DNA from: Methanocaldococcus sp. 16A
GTDB lineage: Archaea > AGJL01 > Methanococci > Methanococcales > Methanocaldococcaceae
DNA: 64,000 nt
Assembly (NCBI GenBank): GCA_049860595.1
Contig: CP187551.1
Strand: one strand, 5' to 3'
Shown: positions 25,750-36,760 of the stretch, in pieces
Position numbering within the stretch: position 1 is the stretch's first letter
Layout of the letters: each line of letters starts with the position of its first letter
Notes under the pieces: model-generated
Database searches by the model: none
Seen by the model: only the letters and a program-made list of their open reading frames with translations
Told to the model about the DNA's origin: nothing
Made by a program: the position numbers and the translations under genes

Positions 25750-25785
25750 ATGTTGGAGGGGAACCCGTAAGGGACCCTCCAACAT
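25750..25785 (+). promoter_or_regulatory. SECIS element of fwdB
   Basis: ATGTTGGAGGG-GAA-CCC-GTAA-GGG-A-CCCTCCAACAT. Confidence 0.93.
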
Positions 25786-25871
25786 TTTATTATTTTAGAC
25801 TCTTAAATTTATTAATTTAAATTTATAAATTGAATTTTATAAAATAAAAAATCAATTAAAAAGTAAAGGAA

Positions 25872-27428
25872 CTATTTTTCTCTTTTTACCAAGATTTTGT
25901 TGATTCCATCTATAACTGCTTCAACTGAAGCTCTAACTATGTCTTCACTTGCTGCTTTTGTAGTAATTTCTTTTCCATATCCTTCTAATGTTACAATAAC
26001 CTCTGCCAATGCATCAGTACCTCCAGTTATGGCGTTTATATGATACTCTTTAAGTTTAATTTTTTCTCCTATAGCTTTTTGTATTGCCTTAACAGCAGCA
26101 TCCACTGGCCCTACACCAATAGCTGAACTTTTCTTAATCTCTTCCTCAATCTTTAAAGCAACTGAAGCCGTTGGAATAACTCTATTTCCAGTCATAACTG
26201 CTATTTGCTCTAATTCAACAACTCTATCTTCTTTAGCTAACTTACCAACAACATCTTCAACTATTGCTTCAACATCTCTATCAGTAACTCTCTTTCCTTT
26301 GTCTCCAAGTGCCTTAATTCTCTTAACTATCTCATCAAATTGCTCTTTATTTATATCTTTACCAATCTCAATGCCAAGCTCTTTTAACTTTGCCTCAATT
26401 GCATGAGTTCCTGTATGCTTACCTAATATTATTTTCCTCTTCTGTCCAACTAATTCTGGTGGAATTGGCTCATAGGTTAATGCATGAGCTAAAACTCCAT
26501 GGGCATGTATTCCGCTTTCATGAGCAAATGCATTTTCCCCAACAATTGCCTTATTTGGTTGAACTTTAATTTCTGTGTATTTTGATACAAGTTGAGAAAT
26601 TTCATAAAGTTTTTCAGTTTTAATTTCAGTTTCTATACCATAAATTGACATTAAGCTCATAACAACCTCTTCTAATGCTGCATTCCCTCCTCTTTCTCCT
26701 AAACCATTTATTGTACAATGCACTTGCTCTGCTCCAGCCTCAACTGCAGCTAATGAATTAGCTACTGCTAATCCAAAATCATTATGGCAATGAACTGATA
26801 TTGGAACTTTTATTTCTTTTTTTAGCTCATTTATTAAGTAATACATTGCCCTTGGAATCATAACACCAACTGTATCTGGGACATTAATAATATCTGCTCC
26901 AGCATCAATTGCCTTTTTATAAACCTCTATTAAATAATCAAGCTCTGTTCTTGTGGCATCTTCTGCTGAAAACTCTACTCTAATTCCATGTTCTTTTATA
27001 TACTCTATTGCCTCAACTGCTATGTCAATAATCTCTTCCTTAGATTTCTTTAATTTGTATTTTCTATGCAATGGAGAAGTTGCTATAAATGTGTGGATTC
27101 TATCTACACCACAATCAATAGCTACATCAATATCTTTTTTAACAGCTCTTGCTAATCCACAAATCTCAGCATTTAAATTTAATGAGCAGATTTTTTTAAT
27201 AGCCTCTTGCTCACCTAAGGAAGAAACAGGGAAACCAGCTTCAATAACATCAACACCTAAATCATCTAATTTTATAGCAATTTCTATCTTTTCTTCTGGA
27301 GTTAATGAAACTCCTGGAGTTTGCTCACCATCTCTAAGTGTTGTATCGAAAATATAAACTCTATTTGGAATATTTATGTTTTCAAGAGCCTTTTTGATAA
27401 TTTCATTCTCTTCTTTATAAATTATCAT
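25872..27428 (-). CDS. leuA: 2-isopropylmalate synthase
   Basis: [20 protein letters not shown] plus C-terminal regulatory domain (GPVDA); paralogues CimA/AksA are less likely. Confidence 0.85.
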   Translation of the reverse strand: MIIYKEENEIIKKALENINIPNRVYIFDTTLRDGEQTPGVSLTPEEKIEIAIKLDDLGVDVIEAGFPVSSLGEQEAIKKICSLNLNAEICGLARAVKKDIDVAIDCGVDRIHTFIATSPLHRKYKLKKSKEEIIDIAVEAIEYIKEHGIRVEFSAEDATRTELDYLIEVYKKAIDAGADIINVPDTVGVMIPRAMYYLINELKKEIKVPISVHCHNDFGLAVANSLAAVEAGAEQVHCTINGLGERGGNAALEEVVMSLMSIYGIETEIKTEKLYEISQLVSKYTEIKVQPNKAIVGENAFAHESGIHAHGVLAHALTYEPIPPELVGQKRKIILGKHTGTHAIEAKLKELGIEIGKDINKEQFDEIVKRIKALGDKGKRVTDRDVEAIVEDVVGKLAKEDRVVELEQIAVMTGNRVIPTASVALKIEEEIKKSSAIGVGPVDAAVKAIQKAIGEKIKLKEYHINAITGGTDALAEVIVTLEGYGKEITTKAASEDIVRASVEAVIDGINKILVKREK

Positions 27429-27490
27429 AATCCCACCAAAAACTTTAATTTATCACATTATACCTATTCAATGAGATATTATAAAAATTT

Positions 27491-28612
27491 TTATAGAAAA
27501 ATTTTTTCTATGAAGTTATAAACTCTAAACGATATTAGCATCCCAGATATTAATAGAGAAAGTAATGAGATGATTTTTATTTTTCCTGAAGATTCTTTGA
27601 ACACTGCCAAATAAAGTAAAAAATAAGCTATTAATGTAAAAAACATGCTCATATCTACCAATGTTTTTGCATCAAAAATTAATAGAGTTATAACCAATAG
27701 AGTATTTAAGATAACTCCATAATGTGGAATTTCTTTTCTCAATTTTGTAAATATTTGAGGAAATATCCTGTCCTTTCCCATTCCATAAGGCATATAAGAT
27801 AATGTAAATAAGACGCTAAACGCACAGCTTGATATAATTATCAATACCCCAACCAATAAAAATAAGTTATCTCCAATTAATATCTTTAATATCTCATTCA
27901 AGTTGTTTGTTTTTACATTTAAAGATATTACAGTTAAAGAAAACAATAAATAAAGAATTCCAATAATAAAAGTTCCTATTAAAAGCCCATAAGCTATAGC
28001 TTTTTGATTTTTAAATGCTGATAATGGCATTGTTATGCCTTCCCAGCCAGTGGCTGTCCATAATCCAAAATAAATTGTTAGAATAGCATTTTTTAAATTG
28101 AACTCTCCAATGCTACCAATTTTTATGCCGTTTGAAAATACTATATACAAAATAATCGTTATCGTTAAAATTCCAAAGATTCTAACAAAGTTTCCTACAA
28201 TTTTTAAACCACACAATATTAAAGCTGTTAATATAACAATTAAACACAATCCAACATAAGGAACATTAAACACAGTATTAAAAATTATCTCAAAGAATGA
28301 TACTACTCCAGATAAGGCAAAAACTCCAGAGAGCCACAATATATAAGCTGAAAAAACACCAATCTCTCTCCCTAAAATTTTCATTACAAACTTATAAACA
28401 CCTCCACTCTCACTAATCTTTGTTGAAGCATAAGCAAAAGGAGATGCCATAATTAAAGATACAAATATTAGTAAAATCCAACCCCATACTATAGATTTCC
28501 CAAACAGCAAGTAGGTTAATGGAGATAAAACAAAAATCCCACCGCCAACAATAGAAGTTATTGTTAAAAATACAGCATCTTTAAGAGTTAAATGCCCCAT
28601 AACTAACACCAA
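27491..28612 (-). CDS. APC-family amino acid permease
   Basis: SIVGGGIF, SGGVY, GWE motifs; polytopic. Confidence 0.88.
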   Translation of the reverse strand: MVLVMGHLTLKDAVFLTITSIVGGGIFVLSPLTYLLFGKSIVWGWILLIFVSLIMASPFAYASTKISESGGVYKFVMKILGREIGVFSAYILWLSGVFALSGVVSFFEIIFNTVFNVPYVGLCLIVILTALILCGLKIVGNFVRIFGILTITIILYIVFSNGIKIGSIGEFNLKNAILTIYFGLWTATGWEGITMPLSAFKNQKAIAYGLLIGTFIIGILYLLFSLTVISLNVKTNNLNEILKILIGDNLFLLVGVLIIISSCAFSVLFTLSYMPYGMGKDRIFPQIFTKLRKEIPHYGVILNTLLVITLLIFDAKTLVDMSMFFTLIAYFLLYLAVFKESSGKIKIISLLSLLISGMLISFRVYNFIEKIFL

Positions 28613-28708
28613 TTATTGTTAATAAATATTTAATGTATAGCTTAAAGCAAAAATATTTAATACATTCTTTTATAATTATCTTTATTCAAAAGTTGATTGA
28701 GGGATAAG

Positions 28709-30571
28709 ATGAAGATGCTATTAATCCACTCTGATTATTTAGAGTTTGAGGCAAAACAAAAAACTAAAATTGCAGAAGAAACTGAGAATTTAAAAGGTAA
28801 ATTAGATGAGTGTTTAGCTTGCTTTATTGCAGTGGAGAGAGATGATGAAAATAACCCAAAAGGAACTGCTATAGGGGCAGTAGAAGAGATTGAGAAAGTT
28901 GCTAATCAGTTAAAAGTTAATAATATTGTTGTTTATCCTTATGCCCATTTATCAAGTGATTTATCTTCACCTGAAACAGCTATAAAGGTTTTGAAAGATA
29001 TTGAGAGTATTTTGAAAGAAAAGGGCTATAATGTGTTAAGGGCACCATTTGGATGGTATAAAGCATTTAAAATTAGTTGTAAAGGACATCCATTAAGTGA
29101 GTTATCAAGAAAGATTGTAGCTAAGGAAGAGAAGAAAGAGAAAGGAGAAGAATCTAAGTTTTATTTATTAAATCCAGAAACAGAAGAAGCTGTTGAGCTA
29201 AGTGAAGAAAATATTAATATAATCAAAGATGAAGAGCTTTTGGCATTAGCTAAACATGAATTGGGAATTAAAGAAAATAAAGAGCATGATGAACCACCAC
29301 ATGTAAAGTTTATCAAAGAAAAGGATATTTGCAGTTATGAAGAGGCATCAGACCCTGGACACTTTAGATGGTATCCAAAAGGTAAGTTGATTAGAGATTT
29401 ATTAGCAGATTATGTCTATAACATGGTAGTTAGATTAGGAGCTATGCCAGTAGAAACACCAATTATGTATGATTTAGGAAATCCTGCTATTAGAGAACAC
29501 GCTGATAAATTTGGTGAGAGGCAGTATAGGTTTAGACAAGGAAATAGGGAGTTAATGTTAAGATTTGCGGCATGTTTTGGGCAGTTTATGATGAAAAAAG
29601 ACATGTATTTGTTGCCAAGATATTTGCCTTTAAAACTTTATGAGCTATCAACATACAGCTTTAGATATGAGCAAAGAGGGGAGTTGGTAGGTTTAAAGAG
29701 GTTGAGAGCATTTACAATGCCAGATATGCATACTGTCTGCTTAGATTTAAAACAAGCAATGGAAGAGTTTGAAAAACAATTTTGGGAGTGTTTAAAGACA
29801 GGAGATGATTTAAATCTAAGTTATTCAGTAATCTTTAGATTCACAAAAGATTTCTTTGATGAGCATAGAGATTGGTTCTTTAAGATAGCTAAAGAATACA
29901 AAAATAAATATGGGAAAGATGTTATCTTAGAAATTCTCCCTAAAAGAAAACACTATTGGGTTGGTAAGGTAGATATTGCTGTAATAGATAGCTTAGGAAG
30001 ACCTATTGAAAATCCAACTGTCCAAATAGATGTTGAAAGTGCTAAAAGGTTTGACATAAAAGTGCATACAAATGAAGGAGAAGTTTATCCAATAATATTG
30101 CACTGCTCTCCTACTGGCTCAATTGAGAGAGTTTTATGTGGTTTGTTAGAAAAAGCAGCTATAGAAGCTAAAGAAGGAAAAGCTCCAATGCTTCCTGTTT
30201 GGCTCTCCCCTATACAAGTTAGAGTTATTCCAGTAGCTGATAGACATTATGACTATGCTTTAAAAGTTGCTGAAAAGCTGAGAGAAAATAATATTAGAGC
30301 AGATTTTGATGATAGAGAAGATAGAGTAAGCAAAAAGATTAGAAATGCAGGAAGTGAGTGGATTCCTTACGTTGTTGTTATTGGAGATGAAGAAATGGAG
30401 TCTGGAAAATTAACAGTAACAATTAGAGAAAAATCAACTTTAAAAAAGCCTTATAAAGAGAAGATGACATTAGATGAGTTGATTGAGAGAATCAAAAAAG
30501 AAACTGCTGGATATCCATATAGACCTTTACCATTACCAATAAGATGTTCATTACAGCCAAAGTTCCATTAA
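28709..30571 (+). CDS. thrS: Threonine-tRNA ligase (archaeal editing domain)
   Basis: LLIHSD, VYPYAHLS, LRFAACF, HCSPTGSIER. Confidence 0.97.
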   Translation: MKMLLIHSDYLEFEAKQKTKIAEETENLKGKLDECLACFIAVERDDENNPKGTAIGAVEEIEKVANQLKVNNIVVYPYAHLSSDLSSPETAIKVLKDIESILKEKGYNVLRAPFGWYKAFKISCKGHPLSELSRKIVAKEEKKEKGEESKFYLLNPETEEAVELSEENINIIKDEELLALAKHELGIKENKEHDEPPHVKFIKEKDICSYEEASDPGHFRWYPKGKLIRDLLADYVYNMVVRLGAMPVETPIMYDLGNPAIREHADKFGERQYRFRQGNRELMLRFAACFGQFMMKKDMYLLPRYLPLKLYELSTYSFRYEQRGELVGLKRLRAFTMPDMHTVCLDLKQAMEEFEKQFWECLKTGDDLNLSYSVIFRFTKDFFDEHRDWFFKIAKEYKNKYGKDVILEILPKRKHYWVGKVDIAVIDSLGRPIENPTVQIDVESAKRFDIKVHTNEGEVYPIILHCSPTGSIERVLCGLLEKAAIEAKEGKAPMLPVWLSPIQVRVIPVADRHYDYALKVAEKLRENNIRADFDDREDRVSKKIRNAGSEWIPYVVVIGDEEMESGKLTVTIREKSTLKKPYKEKMTLDELIERIKKETAGYPYRPLPLPIRCSLQPKFH

Positions 30572-30701
30572 AAATTTCATAACAACAATATATATCTTTT
30601 TCATGCATGTATGAAAAAATATATAAATAGCAATCCATATTTTTAAATAATTATTTGCTGCTATTTTTTATGTAATCTCATTAATGCCTTTTAATATATT
30701 A

Positions 30702-30716
30702 CTGTGAAAGTCCTAT
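30702..30716. repeat. Solo right end of the palindromic/MITE-like element
   Basis: CTGTGAAAGTCCTAT matches the TIR with 1 mismatch. Confidence 0.6.
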
Positions 30717-30777
30717 ATTATATAAACTAATAAATTTAAAGTCATTAAGCTTTTTTATAATTATTTTGGGGGAGAAT

Positions 30778-33060
30778 ATGATAGTAAAATGTCCAATTTG
30801 TGATGGTACTGGAAAAAAGGTAGTTAAATATAAAACATGCCCTGTATGTGAAGGAACTGGATTTATAGATGAATTTTCACCAAAGCAACATATGAAAAGA
30901 GTTTCTAAGAGAGCAAACTATGACTTAGATTATGGAGAAATAGAATGTCCAAAGTGTAAAGGAACAGGAAAAGTTCCAATATATGCAAAATGTGATTTTT
31001 GTGGTGGTAGTGGAAAAGTAGTTAAATGTGATAGATGTGGAGCTGTAATTGGTAAATATCCTGACTTTAAAGATAGAACATTGTGTGATAAATGTTTAAA
31101 AGAAGAGGAAGAGAGGAAGAAAGGATTAAGAAACGTATATGTGTTTGATGAATTAGCTACATTTTACGATGTTGAGCCTGGTAAATTCTATAAAGGAGTT
31201 GTTACAAGAATTGAAAAATATGGAGCTTTCATTAACTTAAATGAGCAAGTTAGAGGGCTTTTAAGACCAAGAGATATGATAAGCTTAAGATTAGAAAATT
31301 TAAGTGTTGGAGATGAAATAATAGTTCAGGCAATAGATGTAAGACCTGAAAAAAGAGAGATAGACTTTAAATACATTCCATTAACAACCTATGATTTAGT
31401 TAAATATGAAAAAGACGTTCCTCTCTCTAATATAAAGGATATATCTCAAAACTTAGTCGAGATGAGAGACCAGGTTGTGCATATAAGAGGAGAGGTTGTT
31501 CAAATAGTTCAAACTCCTGGACCAACAGTATTTACAATAACCGATGGAACTGACTTTGCTTGGGTAGCTGCTTTAGAAATAGCTGGTTTGAGAGCTCATC
31601 CTGATGTTAAAGTTGGAGATATAGTTGATGTTATTGGAAGAGTTACAATAAGGGATGGAAGATTACAGATTGAGAGGATAAAACTCAATAAGTTAGTAGG
31701 AGAAGAGGCAGAAGAAATTAAGAAAAAGATAGAGGAAGAAATTGATAGAAGGGCAGAGCCAGCTAAGGATATACCATTCTTAGTTAAGAGTGAAGTTTTA
31801 GAGAGATTGAGACCAAAAATGGCTGATGTTGCTAAGAGAATTAGGAAGGCGGTTTTGGATGGAAGACCAATAATAATAAGGCATCACGCAGATACAGATG
31901 GTTACTGTGGAGGAATTGCCTTAGAAAAAGCCATATTGCCAATAATTGATAAATTTGCCATAGATGTTGATGCAATATGGCACTTCTTTAAGAGAAGACC
32001 TTCAAAAGCTCCATTCTATGAGTTGGAAGATGTAACAAAGGATTTGGTATTCTCTATAGAAGATGCCCTAAAGTTTGGACAGAAATTGCCTTTAATTGTA
32101 TTAATTGATAATGGAAGTACTGATGAAGATATTCCAGCTATATCCAAAGCTAAAGCTTATGGTATAGAGGTTATAGTTATAGACCACCACTTCCCTGGAG
32201 AAGTTGTAGATGGTAGAGTAGAAGTTGATGACTACGTAGATGCCCATGTCAATCCTTATTTAGTTGGTGGAGATAGCAACTTAACCGCTGGAGTGTTAGG
32301 GACTGAAATAGCAAGAATGATAAATCCTGAAGTAGAAGATGAGATAAAACACCTTCCAGGAATAGCGGTTGTTGGAGACCATGCTAAGGGAGAGGAGGCA
32401 GAGCAGTATATAAAAATAGCCCTTGATAGATTAAATGAATTAAGTAAAAAATATGGTAAAGGAAGAACCTATGACAGAGAGTATTTAGAGAAAATAGCTC
32501 TATGTATGGATTTTGAGGCATTCTACTTAAGATTCATGGATGGTAAGGGGATTGTTGATGATATATTAGCAACAAATATAAAAGAGTTTGGAAGACATGA
32601 GAAGTTAATAGATATATTGTATGAGCAGGCAATGAAGATGGTTGAAAGACAGATGAAGGCTGTAATTCCAGCTCTAAAAACAGAGTTCTTAGAGAATGGA
32701 ATTATATTAAATACCTTAGATGTTGAAAAATTTGCTCACAAATTTACATTCCCAGCTCCAGGAAAAACCACAGGATTTGCTCATGACTATATTGTCCAAA
32801 AATATAGTGAAGATAGGCCAATTATAACTCTTTCCTATGGTCCAGACTTTGGAGTTGTTAGAGCAACAGATGCAGTTCATGAAAAGTATAACTTCAATTT
32901 AAACTTAATAGTTGAGCAGTTGATGGAAGAAATTCCTGAGGCATCAATAGATGGAGGAGGGCATGAGTGTGCTGGTAGCTTAAAATTTGTTGAAGGTTTG
33001 AGAGATAGGGTAATAAATAGATTTATAGAAATTATTAAAAGTTTAAAGCCAAAAGAGTAA
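30778..33060 (+). CDS. RecJ-like DHH phosphoesterase with DnaJ-type Zn finger, S1 and OB domains
   Basis: CxxCxGxG repeats, S1 (YGAFINL), HHADTDG, IDHH, GGGH. Confidence 0.88.
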   Translation: MIVKCPICDGTGKKVVKYKTCPVCEGTGFIDEFSPKQHMKRVSKRANYDLDYGEIECPKCKGTGKVPIYAKCDFCGGSGKVVKCDRCGAVIGKYPDFKDRTLCDKCLKEEEERKKGLRNVYVFDELATFYDVEPGKFYKGVVTRIEKYGAFINLNEQVRGLLRPRDMISLRLENLSVGDEIIVQAIDVRPEKREIDFKYIPLTTYDLVKYEKDVPLSNIKDISQNLVEMRDQVVHIRGEVVQIVQTPGPTVFTITDGTDFAWVAALEIAGLRAHPDVKVGDIVDVIGRVTIRDGRLQIERIKLNKLVGEEAEEIKKKIEEEIDRRAEPAKDIPFLVKSEVLERLRPKMADVAKRIRKAVLDGRPIIIRHHADTDGYCGGIALEKAILPIIDKFAIDVDAIWHFFKRRPSKAPFYELEDVTKDLVFSIEDALKFGQKLPLIVLIDNGSTDEDIPAISKAKAYGIEVIVIDHHFPGEVVDGRVEVDDYVDAHVNPYLVGGDSNLTAGVLGTEIARMINPEVEDEIKHLPGIAVVGDHAKGEEAEQYIKIALDRLNELSKKYGKGRTYDREYLEKIALCMDFEAFYLRFMDGKGIVDDILATNIKEFGRHEKLIDILYEQAMKMVERQMKAVIPALKTEFLENGIILNTLDVEKFAHKFTFPAPGKTTGFAHDYIVQKYSEDRPIITLSYGPDFGVVRATDAVHEKYNFNLNLIVEQLMEEIPEASIDGGGHECAGSLKFVEGLRDRVINRFIEIIKSLKPKE

Positions 33061-33089
33061 ATATAGAAAAATAAAAAAATAAAATTTTT

Positions 33090-33521
33090 TTAGATTTTTT
33101 TGCTCATTTCATATAGGAAGATAGCTAAATTACCTAAAGCTCCAATCTCATTTTCAACAATGTATCTTCCTAAACCTTTTTCTAACTCTAATTTTGTAAA
33201 TCCTGTTGAAGCTCCACAGAAAACAACTAAATCATTTTCTCCAACTTCATTAAAATCTAATTTTTCCTCACAAATATTTTTGTTGCCTATTAAAAACACT
33301 TTCTCAGGTCTTAAAACTTCTATAGCATCATCCAACTCTTCAAAGAATAAAACATTTTTTCCTAATTTGTATGCCATTTTATGCAATGTAGGGATTCCAC
33401 TCTGAGCAGCTGATGCTGTTGCTTTTGTAACAACTATTGTATTGATATCAAATCCATAAGCTATTCTTCCAAACTCTTCTACCTGCTTAGCACTGTATGT
33501 ATTATGTAAGCAAATAAACAT
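33090..33521 (-). CDS. DUF2122/COG4080 family protein (SPOUT-like)
   Basis: LHNTYS, AAQSGIP, VVFCGASTGF motifs. Confidence 0.65.
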   Translation of the reverse strand: MFICLHNTYSAKQVEEFGRIAYGFDINTIVVTKATASAAQSGIPTLHKMAYKLGKNVLFFEELDDAIEVLRPEKVFLIGNKNICEEKLDFNEVGENDLVVFCGASTGFTKLELEKGLGRYIVENEIGALGNLAIFLYEMSKKI

Positions 33522-33587
33522 AACCTCTCACCTTTTTCTTTTTTAGTTTTTTATTATAAGAAAGATTATTATTTATTTTAAATTGTT

Positions 33588-34679
33588 TTATTTTAAGTTT
33601 TCTTTAACTACCTTGGCTATAGCTCTACTCAAAGCTACAGGAACACTTTCTCCAATCTGATTATAACAGCTTCTTATACCTCCAGCAAATAGATGATAAT
33701 CAGGATAACTCATCAACCTTGCTTGTTCTCTTGGTGTTAATAATCTATCTTCATAGGGATGAATAAAGAACCTCTTACCCATAACTGTCTCAGCTAATTT
33801 TAGAGGATGTAATCTTATGTAGTTTCCTAATCTTCTATTAGCCCCTTTGAAATAGATAAATGCATCTCCCCAACCTAACCTATGGACTCTTTTTCTAAAC
33901 CTTGCAGGTAAAGCGGCAAATTCATGATTTGGGATATCTCTACCTTTATACATTAAATCCCCTATAGCCTCAATAACAGGTTTTGGTTGGGTTTTTTCTG
34001 GATTAATTTCTATGTTTGAGACAAAGACTCTCCTTCTAACAGATGGATTTCCATAATCCTCTGCTTTTAATGTGTTGAAATAGACATCTTCATAACCAAT
34101 TTCTCTAAACTCTTTTATTATTTCTCCTCTAACCTCTTTAATTCCAGGAACATTTTCCATAACAAATATTTTTGGTTGTAAATCCCCAACAATCCTTATA
34201 TACTCTAAAACTAATCTTCCAGTTTCATCTTTATATAATCTATCATAGGGATTTCTCTCTCTTTTTGGATTAGCTCCTGTATATCCTTCACAAGGCGGAC
34301 CTCCAATAATAACATCTACTTTTTTATTTTTGATGAACTTTTCTATCTCAAGTGAATGAATTTCTCTAATATCATCATTAATAACAACTGGATTTAGTTT
34401 TTCAGTTTTTTCATTTAAAGTTCCCAATTTTTTTAACCACTTTATATCTTCCTCTTCAAAAGGAAATTTAAATGAGTATATTCCAACATAACCCTTTAAT
34501 TCTTTTAATTTGAATTCTCCAGGTCTTACTTTTTCATATATTCTACCATTAAAATTTAATGCATAAGAAAAAGCAGCATCTTCATTTAACTCTATAGCCA
34601 CTAATGGCTCAAAACCCTCCTCTACAAACCCTCTTGAAAATCCCCCACATCCACAAAATAAATCAATAAATTTCAACAT
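33588..34679 (-). CDS. C5-cytosine methyltransferase (Dcm family), orphan
   Basis: DLFCGCGG, GGPPC, ENV, R.R, QIGESV motifs. Confidence 0.92.
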   Translation of the reverse strand: MLKFIDLFCGCGGFSRGFVEEGFEPLVAIELNEDAAFSYALNFNGRIYEKVRPGEFKLKELKGYVGIYSFKFPFEEEDIKWLKKLGTLNEKTEKLNPVVINDDIREIHSLEIEKFIKNKKVDVIIGGPPCEGYTGANPKRERNPYDRLYKDETGRLVLEYIRIVGDLQPKIFVMENVPGIKEVRGEIIKEFREIGYEDVYFNTLKAEDYGNPSVRRRVFVSNIEINPEKTQPKPVIEAIGDLMYKGRDIPNHEFAALPARFRKRVHRLGWGDAFIYFKGANRRLGNYIRLHPLKLAETVMGKRFFIHPYEDRLLTPREQARLMSYPDYHLFAGGIRSCYNQIGESVPVALSRAIAKVVKENLK

Positions 34680-34760
34680 TATCACCAAAAATAAAATGTT
34701 ATTTAAAAAATAAAGTAACGCTTAAAAATTTTTAATTGAATGGTAAAAAAGGTAAATAAC

Positions 34761-34973
34761 TTATTGTGATTCTTGAGCTTTCTTTAACTCTGCTTTCATA
34801 TCTTGATAAACCTTAGTCCATTTTAATTTTCTTGGGTTTCTTCCCATTTTATAGCTCTTCTCACATTTTGATGAGCAGAAATACAATACAGTTCCATCTT
34901 TTTCTACTACCATTTTTCCTTTTCCTGGCTCAATTTCATAACCACAAAAGCTGCAAGTTCTCCATTCTGGCAT
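34761..34973 (-). CDS. rpl24e: 50S ribosomal protein L24e
   Basis: [26 protein letters not shown]. Confidence 0.97.
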   Translation of the reverse strand: MPEWRTCSFCGYEIEPGKGKMVVEKDGTVLYFCSSKCEKSYKMGRNPRKLKWTKVYQDMKAELKKAQESQ

Positions 34974-35032
34974 AGCTATCCCTCTTTAAATAGTGTTTCA
35001 ATGATTTAAAATAATATTGGGTATTAAATTAT

Positions 35033-35269
35033 TTATCTTCTTCTGTCTAATGGTCTTGCTTCTCTTTCTGTCTCTCTTAACATTATGATGTCTCCAACTT
35101 TAACTGGACCTTTAACGTTTCTAACTAAAACTCTACCTGTATCTTTTCCACCTAAGATTTTACATCTAACTTGTATAATTCCTCCAGTAACTCCTGTTCT
35201 ACCAATAACTTCAATAACCTCAGCAGCTACTGCCTCTTTATAAACAAATTCATCTTCCATCCTCATCAC
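35033..35269 (-). CDS. rps28e: 30S ribosomal protein S28e
   Basis: GRTG, RNVKGPV, ETEREAR. Confidence 0.97.
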   Translation of the reverse strand: MMRMEDEFVYKEAVAAEVIEVIGRTGVTGGIIQVRCKILGGKDTGRVLVRNVKGPVKVGDIIMLRETEREARPLDRRR

Positions 35270-35375
35270 CTAATAATAATGAAAGTTTAAAAATTTATAA
35301 AAAAGTTAGTAATGGATGTTTCGTAATTTATATAATATAATAATATTAAGTTAAATAGATTCAGCTTCTAATAAT

Positions 35376-35729
35376 TTACTGTTTCAAAGCATTTACTTTT
35401 TCAATTAATGCCTTCAACTCTTCAGCATCTCCTTCGTTGATAATTGCAACTGATGATGCTGCAACTTCTAATCCAGCAGCTTTACCTAAATCTTGTTTTG
35501 AAGCTACGTAAGCGTAAGGGATCCCTTTTTCTTCACATAAGTATGGAAGGTGAGCAACAACTTCTTCTGGTTTAACATCTTCAGCAATGATAACTAATTT
35601 TGCTAATCCTCTCTCAACTGCCTTTGTAACTTCGTTAGCTCCTTTCTTGATTTTTTGTGCTTTTGCAACTGCATCTAATAACTCTTTTTGAATTTCTTCT
35701 GGAACTTTAAATTTTACATAAACTGCCAT
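35376..35729 (-). CDS. rpl7ae: Ribosomal protein L7Ae (K-turn binding)
   Basis: [25 protein letters not shown]; ATG 35729 after GGAGG. Confidence 0.97.
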   Translation of the reverse strand: MAVYVKFKVPEEIQKELLDAVAKAQKIKKGANEVTKAVERGLAKLVIIAEDVKPEEVVAHLPYLCEEKGIPYAYVASKQDLGKAAGLEVAASSVAIINEGDAEELKALIEKVNALKQ

Positions 35730-35759
35730 AGCTTTCAACCTCCTTCATTTATTAAAAAA

Positions 35760-35820
35760 TGGGCAATCCGGAGGGAATTGCCCACTCTTACAGGGCTTTT
35801 GCCCTGTAGTATCATCGTGG
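35760..35820 (-). promoter_or_regulatory. L7Ae 5'-UTR K-turn leader with overlapping second hairpin
   Basis: CCAC-GAU-GA...UACAGGGC-AAAA-GCCCUGUA-A-GA-GUGG; BRE/TATA near 35855-35870. Confidence 0.8.
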
Positions 35821-35876
35821 TTTAGAATAGGTATAACAACTTATTGACTTTTAGTATATAAAACTTTTGGATAAAT

Positions 35877-36743
35877 TTATAGAATTCTTTCAATTGGCAC
35901 TACTAATATATCTCTTGCCCCCAAAGCGTGAAGTTTAGGAACTAATGTAAATATCTCATCCTCATTAACAACGGCATGGATAGCAACCATACTGTCATCA
36001 GATAAAACCTCAGAAACTGTTGGACCAGCCATTCCTGGAATCAGCTTTCTAATTTCCTCAACCTTATCTTTTGGAGCATTCATCATAATTAATCTTTTTG
36101 TTTCGGCAAATAAAACACTTTTTATGGCAATAACTATTTGATTTATCTTTTCTCTCTTTTCTTTATCCTTTAAGCTGTTTTTATTGGCAATTAACCTTGT
36201 AGTTGATGAGACAATCTCATCTATAACTTTCAACCTATTTAACTTTAAAGTTGTTCCTGTAGATGTTAAATCACTAATTAAATCAGCTATTCCTATGAAT
36301 GGAGCTATCTCTGTTGCTCCACTAAGTTCAATGATTTCAACTTTCTTATTTAATTTTTCAAAATATTTTTTTGTTAGATTTGGGAACTCTGTAGCTACTC
36401 TCATTCCTTCTTTTATGTCATCAATACTGTTTATCTCTGAACTCTCTGGAGCAGCCAAAACCAATTTTGCAAATCCAAAACCAAAATCTAATAGAAAATC
36501 AACTTTATCTTCAACATTTCTCTCTAAGACCAAATCATAGCCAGTAACTCCAATGTCAGCAACACCATCAGCTACAAATTCAGGAATGTCTCTTGCCCTT
36601 GCAAACATTACTTTAATGTTGTCATCTACAGTATTTGCAAATAAACTTCTACCTTTAATAGTAATCTTTAACCCTGCTTTCTCTAAAACTTTCATTACTG
36701 GCTCTGAAATTCTTCCTTTATTTGGTAGTGCAAACATTATCAT
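35877..36743 (-). CDS. hisG: ATP phosphoribosyltransferase (long form)
   Basis: [25 protein letters not shown]. Confidence 0.96.
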   Translation of the reverse strand: MIMFALPNKGRISEPVMKVLEKAGLKITIKGRSLFANTVDDNIKVMFARARDIPEFVADGVADIGVTGYDLVLERNVEDKVDFLLDFGFGFAKLVLAAPESSEINSIDDIKEGMRVATEFPNLTKKYFEKLNKKVEIIELSGATEIAPFIGIADLISDLTSTGTTLKLNRLKVIDEIVSSTTRLIANKNSLKDKEKREKINQIVIAIKSVLFAETKRLIMMNAPKDKVEEIRKLIPGMAGPTVSEVLSDDSMVAIHAVVNEDEIFTLVPKLHALGARDILVVPIERIL

Positions 36744-36760
36744 CCTATCACGTAAAAAAT

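Noticed and set aside
30596-30618. AT-rich palindrome after thrS
   Set aside because: Weak and single-copy; cannot distinguish terminator or operator from chance
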